Assembly: GCA_040508315.1 (NCBI GenBank)
Contig: JBEVNC010000149.1
Span: 10,348-74,347 of the forward strand
DNA length: 64,000 bases
Reading direction: 5' to 3'
DNA from: Sphingobium sp.
GTDB taxonomy: Bacteria > Pseudomonadota > Alphaproteobacteria > Sphingomonadales > Sphingomonadaceae
In this document: positions 8,945-17,699 of the stretch, in pieces
Layout: the number at the start of each line of letters is the position of its first letter
Position numbering within the stretch: the stretch's first letter is position 1
Translations under genes and position numbers: made by a program
Notes under the pieces: generated by a model
The model's input: the letters and a program-made list of their open reading frames with translations, nothing else
What the model was told of the DNA's origin: nothing
The model's database searches: none

Positions 8945-10473
8945 CCGCGCCCCAATATCCCGACCCAACGACCCGGCGCTTCATCTCGGCGTCCACGATC
9001 CTTGCGACGATCATGTATGCGCTCGACGGCACCATCGCCAATGTCGCGCTGCCGCACATGCAGGCGACCGTCTCCGCCTCGGCGGAGCAGATCGTGTGGG
9101 TGCTCACGTCCTTCCTGATCGCCACGGCCATCGCGACACCGCTCAGCGGCTGGCTGGCCGGCCGTTTCGGGCGCAAGCGGATCATGCAGATGTCGATGGT
9201 CGGCTTTACGACGGCCTCCATCGCGTGCGGCCTGTCGGTCAATCTGGAGGAGCTGGTCGCGTTCCGTGTGTTGCAGGGACTGTGCGGTGCTGGTCTGGTG
9301 CCCTTGGCCCAGGCCTCGCTGCTCGACATCAACCCGCCCGAACGCCACGGGCAGGCGATGGCGCTCTATGGCATGGGGTCGATCATGGGTCCGATCATCG
9401 GGCCGACGCTGGGCGGATACATCACCGAGACGCTGGACTGGCGCTGGATATTCTTCATCAACGTGCCGCTGGGCATCGTCGCATTCCTGGGAATCACCGC
9501 CTTCATGTCGGAGAGCAAGGCGAGCAACCCGCCGCGCTTCGACTTCATGGGGTTCGCCTGCCTGTCGCTGTTTATCGGCTCCTTCCAGCTGATGCTCGAC
9601 CGGGGGCAGCAGCAGGACTGGTTCAACAGCACGGAGATCTGGATCGAGGCGACGATCGCCGTCCTGTTCCTTTGGTTCACGCTGGTCCACATGTTCTCGA
9701 CCCGCCACCCCTTCGTCCGGCCGGGGGTGTTCAAGGATCGCAATTTCGCGACGGGCATGGTGATCACGGTCCAGCTGGGTCTGCTGATCTATGGCGTCGC
9801 GGCGCTCCTGGCGCCCATGCTCCAGCAATTGATGGGCTATCCGGTGATGCTGGCGGGCCTTGCCACGATGCCGCGCGGCATCGGCACGCTGATCGGCATG
9901 TATGGCGTCGGGCAGATGATCAACCGCATCGATCCGCGCTTGCTCGTGCTCGCTGGACTGCTGCTGAGCGCAGCGTCCATGTACATGTTCGCGCATATCT
10001 CGCTGGGCATGGACAGCGAAGTCGTCGTTGTGGCGGGCTTCGTGCAGGGCTTGGGCTCGGGCCTTGTCTTCGTGCCGGTCTCGACGTTGATGTTCTCGAC
10101 GCTGGAGCCGCGTTTCCGTAACGAAGGATCAGCGATGAGCGCGCTGGCGCGCAGTCTGGGCGCCGCCATCGGCATCTCCTATCTTCAAGCGCTGACCATC
10201 CGCAACACGGACACGGTGCGATCGCGGCTGGTGGAGGGCGTGCGGCCCGACAATCCGATGATGGACTGGCACTTGCCCGATTTCGACTTCGGCCTGCCCG
10301 CCGATATCGCGCGAGAAATGGCGGAGATCGGGCGGCAGGCGTCGATGGTGGCCTATACCGACAGTTTCTGGTTCCTGTTCTTGGCGACGCTGGCTGTGGT
10401 GCCGCTCGTCATCTTCATGCGGCCGATGCGGCAGGCAAATGGGGCAGAGCCGATGCCGATGGTCGGGGAGTGA
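8941..10473 (+). CDS. DHA2 (EmrB/QacA) MFS efflux permease
   Basis: LDGTIANVALPHMQ, GPIIGPTLGG, WRWIFFINVP, MLDRG; ATGA overlap with the upstream gene. Confidence 0.93.
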   Translation: MTAPQYPDPTTRRFISASTILATIMYALDGTIANVALPHMQATVSASAEQIVWVLTSFLIATAIATPLSGWLAGRFGRKRIMQMSMVGFTTASIACGLSVNLEELVAFRVLQGLCGAGLVPLAQASLLDINPPERHGQAMALYGMGSIMGPIIGPTLGGYITETLDWRWIFFINVPLGIVAFLGITAFMSESKASNPPRFDFMGFACLSLFIGSFQLMLDRGQQQDWFNSTEIWIEATIAVLFLWFTLVHMFSTRHPFVRPGVFKDRNFATGMVITVQLGLLIYGVAALLAPMLQQLMGYPVMLAGLATMPRGIGTLIGMYGVGQMINRIDPRLLVLAGLLLSAASMYMFAHISLGMDSEVVVVAGFVQGLGSGLVFVPVSTLMFSTLEPRFRNEGSAMSALARSLGAAIGISYLQALTIRNTDTVRSRLVEGVRPDNPMMDWHLPDFDFGLPADIAREMAEIGRQASMVAYTDSFWFLFLATLAVVPLVIFMRPMRQANGAEPMPMVGE

Positions 10474-10477
10474 CGTG

Positions 10478-12001
10478 ATGACGACGATGCGCCCTCTCCT
10501 CCCGCTCCTGCTGCTGGCCGGTTGCACGGTCGGCCCGAATTTCGAGCGACCCGCGCCGCCCGCCGCGACCGCGGGTTATGCAGCGGCGGCCGACGCCCCG
10601 CGCGGCGCGCCGACCGCCGTCCCCGGTGAAGGGCCGCAGCCCGGCTGGTGGAAAGCCTTCGGCTCGCCGACGCTGGACGCGCTGGTGGCTCAGGCCCTCG
10701 CCAACAACCAAAGTCTCGCCGCCAGCAACGCGACCCTCGCCCGCGCCCGCGCACGGATCGAGGCAGTGGCGGGCCGCCGTTTGCCGCAAGTCGACGCCGA
10801 TGCCCGCGCCGAGCATCAGCAGGTCAACCTGTCAGCCTTCGGTTTCGATGGCGCGTCACTGGGGCGGCCGGGCCTGGGCAATCCCGAGTTCGATCTCTAC
10901 ACGGTCGGCGGCGGGGTCAGCTACGACCCGGACCTATTCGGCCGCAATCGCCGCTCGCTCGAACGGAGCGTGGCGCAGGCCGAGGCGCAGGCGCACCAGA
11001 CGGAGGCTGCACACCTGACCCTGGCCGGGCGGGTGGTGACGCAGGTGCTGACCATCGCCGCCATCCGCGACCGCAGCGCCGCCGCCAAGGCGATCATCGC
11101 GGAGGACCAGCGCAACGTCCGCCTGACCGAAGCACGCCGCCGCGCTGGCGCCGGCACGCTGGTCGAGGTGTTGAGCGCGCGCGGGCAGCTCGCGGGCGAC
11201 GAGGGCGATCTGCCCCAGCTCGACCAGCAACTGGCGGAGGCGCGCGCGATGCTCGCCCTGCTGCTCGGCCTGTCGCCCGCGGAACTGGGCGCGACCGACT
11301 TCGCGCTGGCTGATTTCACCCTGCCCGCGCAGATCCCGGTGACGCTGCCGTCCGAACTGGCGCGCAAGCGGCCGGACATCCTGCAGGCCGAGGCCGACCT
11401 CCACGCAGCGACCGCCGCCATCGGCGTGGCGACCGCGCGCCTCTACCCCAGCATCACGCTCGGCGCGTCCATCGCCCAGTCGGCGCAGTCGCCGGGCGAC
11501 CTGCTCGGCACCGACTATCGCGGGTTCGACATTTTCGCCGGGCTGAGCGCGCCGATCTTCCGCGGCGGCACGCTGCGCGCGGACAAGCGCGGGGCGGAGG
11601 CGGCAGCGCAGGCGTCGGCGGCGACCTATCGCCAAACGGTGCTGGAGGCGTTCGGGCAAGTGTACAACCTGCTTGCCGCGCTGGGCAACGACGCACGTTC
11701 GCTGGCGACGCAGCAGCAGGCCGCAGACCTCACCGAACGGTCGCTACGCCTGTCCCGGCGCAGCTTTCAGGTCGGCAATAGCGGCATATTGCAAGTGCTG
11801 GACGCCAGCCGCCTGAACCAGCGCGCGCGGCTCGCACTGGTGGAGGCCAAGGCGCGTCAATATCTCAACGTCGCGCGGCTGCATGTGGCCACGGCAGGCG
11901 GATGGATCGGATCGCCGGACACCGCGGCGACCGAAAGCATGGCATTGCCCATTGTCAGCACCCCGCAATCTGGTCTATCGCCCGCGCGGAAGGGCGATTA
12001 G
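10478..12001 (+). CDS. Outer-membrane efflux lipoprotein (NodT/TolC family)
   Basis: Lipobox LAGC-TVGP, WW..F, PSEL.R.RPDI..AE..L.AA motifs; stop codon lies inside tRNA-Val. Confidence 0.92.
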   Translation: MTTMRPLLPLLLLAGCTVGPNFERPAPPAATAGYAAAADAPRGAPTAVPGEGPQPGWWKAFGSPTLDALVAQALANNQSLAASNATLARARARIEAVAGRRLPQVDADARAEHQQVNLSAFGFDGASLGRPGLGNPEFDLYTVGGGVSYDPDLFGRNRRSLERSVAQAEAQAHQTEAAHLTLAGRVVTQVLTIAAIRDRSAAAKAIIAEDQRNVRLTEARRRAGAGTLVEVLSARGQLAGDEGDLPQLDQQLAEARAMLALLLGLSPAELGATDFALADFTLPAQIPVTLPSELARKRPDILQAEADLHAATAAIGVATARLYPSITLGASIAQSAQSPGDLLGTDYRGFDIFAGLSAPIFRGGTLRADKRGAEAAAQASAATYRQTVLEAFGQVYNLLAALGNDARSLATQQQAADLTERSLRLSRRSFQVGNSGILQVLDASRLNQRARLALVEAKARQYLNVARLHVATAGGWIGSPDTAATESMALPIVSTPQSGLSPARKGD

Positions 12002-12067
12002 CTCAGTTGGTAGAGCGTCTCGTTTACACCGAGAATGTCGGCGGTTCGAGCCCGTCATCGCCCACCA
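11992..12067 (+). tRNA. tRNA-Val (anticodon TAC)
   Basis: Acceptor GGGCGAT/ATCGCCC, D arm GCTCAGTTGGTAGAGC, anticodon arm TCTCG-TTTACAC-CGAGA, T loop GTTCGAG, encoded CCA; 76 nt. Confidence 0.97.
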
Positions 12068-12082
12068 GTCCTTCCGCTTCCA

Positions 12083-13558
12083 TTATCCGCGGCCATGCCC
12101 GCTGATCTCCGCGCCTGCGTCGGGGGCGAAGCGCAGGTTCCAGATGGTCGCGCTCAGCGAGATTCCGGTCACCACCCAGAAAGCGACCGAGAAATCGATC
12201 AGCGTCGGCGTCGTGCTCCCGCTCGCCAGCATCGCCACGTGGAGAGCGATCGCGGCCAGGCAGATGCCCAGCGACAGCATCAGCTGCTGGAAGGTGGAAT
12301 AGAAGGCTGTCGCGCTGCTCATATGCTTCTTGTCCACGCCGTCATAGGCGATGGTGTTATAGGCGGTGAACTGGAACGACATGAAGAAGCCGCTGAAGCA
12401 CAACACGCCGAACATCGCCCATGTCGGCCAATAGGGCCGGAACAGGCCGCAGGTCGCATAGCCCAGCGTCGCGATGACGCCGTTCCAGATCAGGGATCGG
12501 CGAAAGCCGAAGCGTTTGAGGATGCGCTGCGCCACGCTCTTCATCGCCAATGATCCGATGGCGGTCGCCACCGTGATCGCCCCGCTGCGCGCCGCCGAAA
12601 AACCGAAACCCAGCTGCATCATCAACGGCAGCAGAAAGGGTTGCGCGCCCTGCGTTATGCGGGTGATCGATCCTGCGATCATGGAGAGGCGGAAGGTCGG
12701 GTCGCGCAGCAGAGCAAGGTCAAGGATCGCGCCCTTACGTCCGCGTGCATGGCGGATGTAGAAGACGCCCGCCACGATGCCGACCACGATCAGCACGGCG
12801 GCCAGTGTGCCCTCGCCGGGGCGGCTGACCATCTCGAACCCGAACAACAGGCAGCCGAGCGACAGGCCGCTCAGCACGAAGCCCCAGCTGTCGAACCGTT
12901 CCGGCTCATCCTCCCGGAAGTCGGCGATGAACCGGCCGACCAGCCAGAAGCCGAGCATTCCCACCGGCAGGTTGATGTAAAATATCCAGCGCCAGTCGAG
13001 ATAGGTCACGATGACGCCGCCCAGCGGTGGCCCGATGATCGGACCGATAAGGGCAGGCACCAGCAGCCAGGACATGGCATTCACGAGATCCTGCTTGGCG
13101 ACGGAGCGCAGCAGGACGAGGCGGCCCACGGGGATCATCATCGCGCCGCCAATCCCCTGCACGAAGCGGGAGACGACCATCATCTCCAGCGTGCGGGACT
13201 GGCCGCAGGCCAAGCTGCCGAGCATGAACAGCAGGATCGCGGCGCGAAACACCGTGCGCGACCCGAAACGGTCGGCGAGCGATCCCGACGCCGGGATGAA
13301 GATCGCGAGCGCCAACAGGTAGGAGGTGAGCGCCACGCTCATTTCCGGCGCGCGCACCCCGAAATCGCGGGCCATGGTCGGAAGCGCGGTGGCGAGGACC
13401 GTCGCGTCGACAAATTCCATGAACAATGCCGATGCGACGATCAGCGCGACGAGCCGATAATTGGCGCTTGTTTCGGGCGGTCCGAGATCCTGCGTGCTGG
13501 TCAGCGATCCGGCGGCGGGGACGATGCCGTCGCGAACCTCCGCATTTACGGATGCCAT
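12083..13558 (-). CDS. DHA2-type MFS transporter (MdtD/HsrA-like)
   Basis: FMEFVDATVLATALP, ADRFGSR, GGAMMIPVGRLVLLR, WRWIFYINLP; start uncertain (13558 or in-frame upstream). Confidence 0.88.
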   Translation of the reverse strand: MASVNAEVRDGIVPAAGSLTSTQDLGPPETSANYRLVALIVASALFMEFVDATVLATALPTMARDFGVRAPEMSVALTSYLLALAIFIPASGSLADRFGSRTVFRAAILLFMLGSLACGQSRTLEMMVVSRFVQGIGGAMMIPVGRLVLLRSVAKQDLVNAMSWLLVPALIGPIIGPPLGGVIVTYLDWRWIFYINLPVGMLGFWLVGRFIADFREDEPERFDSWGFVLSGLSLGCLLFGFEMVSRPGEGTLAAVLIVVGIVAGVFYIRHARGRKGAILDLALLRDPTFRLSMIAGSITRITQGAQPFLLPLMMQLGFGFSAARSGAITVATAIGSLAMKSVAQRILKRFGFRRSLIWNGVIATLGYATCGLFRPYWPTWAMFGVLCFSGFFMSFQFTAYNTIAYDGVDKKHMSSATAFYSTFQQLMLSLGICLAAIALHVAMLASGSTTPTLIDFSVAFWVVTGISLSATIWNLRFAPDAGAEISGHGRG

Positions 13559-13750
13559 GCCGCGCCGCCTTGGCCTCAGCATGAGGCCAGACCGGGAAGG
13601 GGACGATGGAGCATGGCGGTATTTCCAGTATTTCGGACGAGGAGACGGCTCTCCTGAATGGCCGTCCATTTCTCGCGCGGGCGTACCGGAATCGGGGCCC
13701 TTATAGGCTGGGCGCCGCAAAATGGAATTCAGGAGTGACGCAAATCGGCC

Positions 13751-13776
13751 GGGGACGGGCATAGAGCCCGCCCCCC
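13751..13776 (-). terminator. GC-rich hairpin after the SRPBCC gene
   Basis: GGGGACGGGC-ATAGA-GCCCGCCCCCC inverted repeat; weak U tract. Confidence 0.4.
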
Positions 13777-13794
13777 GAGACAGCCTTCAGCGGG

Positions 13795-14256
13795 TCATTC
13801 CGCCTCGCACAGTGCAGCAAGCTGATCCGCGCAGATGCCCCAGCCTTCGGCGAAGCCCATATCGCGGTGCTGGGCCAGTGCCTCGTCGGTCCAGTGGCGG
13901 GCGCGTGCGGTGTAGCGCGTCCCTTCGCCTTCCGGCTCGATCTCCCAGAAGCCGATCATGAACGGCCCGGCGGGGGAAAAGTCGGCGGTGATCGCGTCGG
14001 TCGTGACGAAACGCTTGCCCGGCTCATAGGCGAGATAGATGCCCTCTGCCGGCATCGCCTCGCCGCCGGGACCGCGCATGATCAGCGCTTCGCGGCCGCC
14101 GGGGCGGCGGTCCTGCTCGACCACTTCGGTGGTCCACGGTTTGGGGCACCACCATTCGGTCTGGCGCTCGATCATGACGTGCCACACTTTTTCGGGCGGC
14201 GCGGCGATGTAGCGGGTGACAGAGAGTTCCTTAACGGGGTCGGTATCATCGGTCAT
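13795..14256 (-). CDS. SRPBCC/AHSA1-like ligand-binding protein
   Basis: R.IAAPPEKVW..W, D.RPGG, MGFAEGWG...DQL. Confidence 0.88.
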   Translation of the reverse strand: MTDDTDPVKELSVTRYIAAPPEKVWHVMIERQTEWWCPKPWTTEVVEQDRRPGGREALIMRGPGGEAMPAEGIYLAYEPGKRFVTTDAITADFSPAGPFMIGFWEIEPEGEGTRYTARARHWTDEALAQHRDMGFAEGWGICADQLAALCEAE

Positions 14257-14273
14257 TGTCGAGTCCTGTCCTG

Positions 14274-14924
14274 TCAGTCCCGGTCGGGCGCGCCGAGCGG
14301 GAAATAGTGGCGATAGGGTCGGCCGCCGTCCACCGCACGCGCGACGGACGGGCGAGCAAGGAGGCGGGCGCGATAGGCGCGCAGACGCGGAGCGCTTTCG
14401 GGGATCGGGTGAACCCAGTCGGCATAGAATAGGGCGGGCGCGGCGGCACAGTCCGCCAGGGTGAAATCGTCGCCGCAGGCCCAGTCCGCGTCCGGCAGAT
14501 TGTCGTCCAGCCAGCCATAGATGGTGTCGAGCGCCGCTTTCGCAGGGGCAATGCGCGACTCGTCGGGGGTTTTGGCGTCGATGAGATGTTCGTTGACGAC
14601 CGCCTGCATCGGACCCGAGACATGGCCGTCGAACACGCGGTCCATGAAGCGCACCTGCAGCGCCGCCTTGCGATCCTCCGGAATCAGCCTGGGTCCCTGC
14701 GGCGCCAGATTGTCGAGATGCTCGATCACGATCGAGGATTCGATGGTCACGCCCGTTTCATCCACCAGCACCGGGAATTTCGCCAGCGGCCATAATTTGC
14801 GCAGGGCCTCGATGGTTGCGCCCGGCTCCACGACGATGAAGTCGAACGGCACCCCCTTCTCGTAAAAGGCTACCTGCGCCTTCCAGCTATAGGCGGCAAA
14901 GGGGTGGCCGTAGAGGTCAGGCAC
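14274..14924 (-). CDS. Glutathione S-transferase family protein
   Basis: WPLAKFPVL, ESSIVIEHL, FTLADCAAAPALFYADW; GTG start overlaps the upstream gene. Confidence 0.9.
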   Translation of the reverse strand: MPDLYGHPFAAYSWKAQVAFYEKGVPFDFIVVEPGATIEALRKLWPLAKFPVLVDETGVTIESSIVIEHLDNLAPQGPRLIPEDRKAALQVRFMDRVFDGHVSGPMQAVVNEHLIDAKTPDESRIAPAKAALDTIYGWLDDNLPDADWACGDDFTLADCAAAPALFYADWVHPIPESAPRLRAYRARLLARPSVARAVDGGRPYRHYFPLGAPDRD

Positions 14925-15408
14925 CCGGCGTCTCCCCGGCTGCGGCGGCCTCTATGGCGGCGATGTCGATGCGGTGCATGGTGAGCATCGCCTGCGACAC
15001 GCGGCGGGCGACGTCCGGATCGGGATCGGTGACGAGTTCGGTGAGGCGGCGCGGCGTCACCTGCCAGCTCAAGCCCCAGCGGTCCTTGAGCCAGCCGCAA
15101 TTGCTCTGCGCGCCCGTGTCGCCGATCAGCGCGTCGGACAGCCGGTCGGTCTCCGCCTGATCCTGCGTCTCGATCTGGAAACTCACCGCCTCGGTAAAGG
15201 CGAATTGGGGGCCGCCATTGAGCGCCATGAAGGGCATGCCGGACAGCGTGAATTCGACGAGGAAGGGATCGCCCTCCTTGTTGGAGGGATTGTCGGACGG
15301 CGCGCGGACCACGCGGTCGATGCGGCTGTCGGGGAGAAGCGAGGTATAGAGGGTCGCGGCTTCCTCGGCCGCGCCGTCATACCAGAGGCAGGGGGTGATC
15401 TTGGCCAT
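14917..15408 (-). CDS. VOC family protein (PhnB / 3-demethylubiquinone-9 3-methyltransferase-like)
   Basis: KITPCLWY, ALNGGP.F.FTEAVSF, CGWLKDRWGLSWQV. Confidence 0.92.
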   Translation of the reverse strand: MAKITPCLWYDGAAEEAATLYTSLLPDSRIDRVVRAPSDNPSNKEGDPFLVEFTLSGMPFMALNGGPQFAFTEAVSFQIETQDQAETDRLSDALIGDTGAQSNCGWLKDRWGLSWQVTPRRLTELVTDPDPDVARRVSQAMLTMHRIDIAAIEAAAAGETPGA

Positions 15409-15427
15409 GGAATATCTCCTTTTCTTA

Positions 15428-15541
15428 CTCCCCTCCCGTTGACGGGAGGGGTTGGGGGTGGGCTTGCGCTGCCCGTTCGACCAACACCGACCTCACGGTC
15501 GCTCTGCCCACCCCCGACCCCTCCCGCATGCGGGAGGGGAG
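15428..15541. repeat. 114-bp REP/BIME-like palindromic element, copy A
   Basis: CTCCCCTCCCG...CGGGAGGGGAG terminal inverted repeats with nested hairpins; 98/114 identical by manual alignment to 34750-34863. Confidence 0.88.
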
Positions 15542-15550
15542 TCATGTCGC

Positions 15551-16345
15551 TCAAACCCTTGCCCCCACCAATCCGAAAGATACGCCCTGCGGATCGACCG
15601 CGTTCATGGCATAATCGCCGCCGGGGATTTCCATCGGGCCATTGGTGATGGAACCGCCCTCCGCCTCGATCACCGCCTTGGCGGCGTCGATGTCGGGCAC
15701 GCGGAAATATTGGGTCCAGCGCGGCGGCCCCCATTGCGGCGCGCCGCCCATGATCGCCCCGATGACGCCGCCCGTGTCGCCATGGTGCCGGATGAAGTCG
15801 TAGGTGCCCATCTCCGGCCCCATGTCCATCTCGCCATCCTTCGTCCAGCCGAAGCGCGTGCCGTAGAAATGCCATGCCGCCGCCTGGTCGCTCGTCGTCA
15901 GTTCGTTCCAGGCGCAATGGCCGACGCGCGGGACGTCATAGGCGAAGGCCAGGCTGGTGCCCTCGTCCGTCGCGGGCTTCATGATGTAGAAGGGCGCGCC
16001 CTGCGGGTCGGCGACCATCGCAATGCGGCCGACGGTGGGAATGTCCATCGCGGGCATCGTCACCGTGCCGCCGCCATGTTCGATGCTGGTCACGGCCTTG
16101 TCGACATCGTCCACCTGCACATAGCCCAGCCATGTCGGCCGCGCGCCATGCCCCGACATTTCGGGCGTGATCGCCATCAGGCCGCCGACGCTGTTCTCGC
16201 CCATATTGATGATGCGATAGTCCATGCCGGGCGTGCCGCTGTCGGCCACGGTCCAGCCGACCACCTTGCCGTAGAAGGCCGTCGCCGCGTCCGCATCGCT
16301 GGTCAGCAATTCGTACCAGATATAGTCGCCATGCTGGTTCGCCAT
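15551..16345 (-). CDS. Two-domain VOC/glyoxalase family protein
   Basis: Duplicated W.EL.TSD..AA..FY...FGW and DPQG..F motifs. Confidence 0.92.
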   Translation of the reverse strand: MANQHGDYIWYELLTSDADAATAFYGKVVGWTVADSGTPGMDYRIINMGENSVGGLMAITPEMSGHGARPTWLGYVQVDDVDKAVTSIEHGGGTVTMPAMDIPTVGRIAMVADPQGAPFYIMKPATDEGTSLAFAYDVPRVGHCAWNELTTSDQAAAWHFYGTRFGWTKDGEMDMGPEMGTYDFIRHHGDTGGVIGAIMGGAPQWGPPRWTQYFRVPDIDAAKAVIEAEGGSITNGPMEIPGGDYAMNAVDPQGVSFGLVGARV

Positions 16346-16346
16346 G

Positions 16347-16718
16347 TCACTTCTCCAACGTTACGATGGGCTGAAAGCCGCCATAGATCATGCGTCCGGC
16401 GTCGAACGGCATCGGGTTGGTCTCGGGGTTGAAGCGCGGGTCCTTCTTCATGAGGTCCTCCATCCTGCCCATGGCCGAGTCGCGCGTCGCCTTGTCGGGC
16501 CATTCGATCCAGGAAAAGACCACGGTCTCGTCCTCGGTAGCCTTTACCGCACCCTTGAAGTCGGTGGTCTTGCCGTCGGGCACATCGTCGCCCCAGCATT
16601 CCAGGATGCGGATGGCACCCAGTTCCATGAACAGGCTGTCGCCCTGATTGGCATGGTCGATGAACTTCTGCTTGTTGGCGGTCGGGACCGCGATCACGAA
16701 ACCGTCGATATAGGTCAT
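16347..16718 (-). CDS. DUF1428 (YbaA) family protein
   Basis: YIDGFVIAVP, ECWGDDVPDGK.TDF..AVKA, VFSWIEWP, MPFD..RMIYGGF. Confidence 0.92.
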   Translation of the reverse strand: MTYIDGFVIAVPTANKQKFIDHANQGDSLFMELGAIRILECWGDDVPDGKTTDFKGAVKATEDETVVFSWIEWPDKATRDSAMGRMEDLMKKDPRFNPETNPMPFDAGRMIYGGFQPIVTLEK

Positions 16719-16737
16719 CATCCTTCTCCTCTTGTCG

Positions 16738-17139
16738 TCAGGTGCGGATCGGCAGCAGGCCGCGCAGCGTGGGCGAGCGGAACCACAGGCCGCCCCACAT
16801 CAGCACGCCGAGATAGGCGCCGAACAGGATATGGCTGAACAGGGGGCTGGCGATGCGGACATGCGTCGCCATCGCGCCGCCCAAATAGCCGGTCATCAGG
16901 ATCGCGCCGAGAAAGGCAGTGCGCGGCCAGGCATAGAGCGCGGTGCACAGGAGCGTGATGCCGCCCAGCATGCGCGCGGTGCCGTCGTTCACCGGCCAGC
17001 CAAGCTGCGCCAGCGTCGCGCCCACCACGTCCAGCGGCGGCAGCTTGATGACGGCGTCCATCACCAGGAAGAAGATGACGACCACGCTCAGGCAGCGTCC
17101 CGTCATGGTCATCCAGCGCGGATTGGCGTTTTCCGTCAT
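16738..17139 (-). CDS. DoxX-like family membrane protein
   Basis: Four hydrophobic segments; PRTA.LGAILMTGYLGGA.ATHVR. Confidence 0.88.
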   Translation of the reverse strand: MTENANPRWMTMTGRCLSVVVIFFLVMDAVIKLPPLDVVGATLAQLGWPVNDGTARMLGGITLLCTALYAWPRTAFLGAILMTGYLGGAMATHVRIASPLFSHILFGAYLGVLMWGGLWFRSPTLRGLLPIRT

Positions 17140-17179
17140 CATGTCGCTCCTCTTACCCCTGTTTTCTGCTCATGCCCGA

Positions 17180-17608
17180 TCAGGCCGGTTCCGCCTGTCC
17201 AGCGGCCATGGCCGCCTCCAGGTCCATCCAGAACGGCTCCCAGATATGGCCGTCCGGGTCGGCAAAGGACCGGCTGTACATGAAGCCATGATCCTGCGCT
17301 GGATTGGGGTCGGCCGTACCGCCGCCGACGACCGCGCGCCGGACCAGGTCGTCCACGATTTCGCGACTGTCCTCGGCGAGCGCGAAGGCTGCCTGCGCCT
17401 CATTATGCGCGTCGATGATGCGGCGCGTAGTGAAGCCCTTGAACCGGTCATGGGTCAGCAGCATCGCGTGGATCGTGTCGGAAAAGCTGACCGCGGCCGC
17501 GGTATCGTCGGCGAAGCGGGGATCGGGCGTCGCGCCCACCGCCTCATAAAAAGCGAGCGACCGCTTCAGGTCGGTCACGGGCAGATTCACGAAGATCATC
17601 TTTGCCAT
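17180..17608 (-). CDS. VOC family protein (lactoylglutathione lyase-like)
   Basis: MIFVNLPV.DL.RS.AFY, DHGFMYSRSFADPDGHIWE; SD AAGGAG. Confidence 0.9.
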   Translation of the reverse strand: MAKMIFVNLPVTDLKRSLAFYEAVGATPDPRFADDTAAAVSFSDTIHAMLLTHDRFKGFTTRRIIDAHNEAQAAFALAEDSREIVDDLVRRAVVGGGTADPNPAQDHGFMYSRSFADPDGHIWEPFWMDLEAAMAAGQAEPA

Positions 17609-17641
17609 GTCGCCACTCCTTCGTCGGTTCGACTCGGTACA

Positions 17642-17699
17642 TTGACAAGAATGCTCCCGATAATTACATATTGCAACTATGGAGTTAGAAAAAATAACT
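17642..17699. promoter_or_regulatory. Sigma70-like promoter and tandem HxlR-type operators
   Basis: TTGACA-N17-TACATA (17642-17670); palindromes AATTA-N7-CAACT (17662-17678) and AGTTA-N7-TAACT (17683-17699). Confidence 0.65.

Noticed and set aside
11992-12067. tRNA-Val as an integration site for a genomic island
   Set aside because: No integrase and no duplicated tRNA 3' end (att site) found in the window
15428-15541. Palindromic repeats as a CRISPR array or IS ends
   Set aside because: No regularly spaced repeat-spacer units, no cas or transposase genes, no clear target-site duplication
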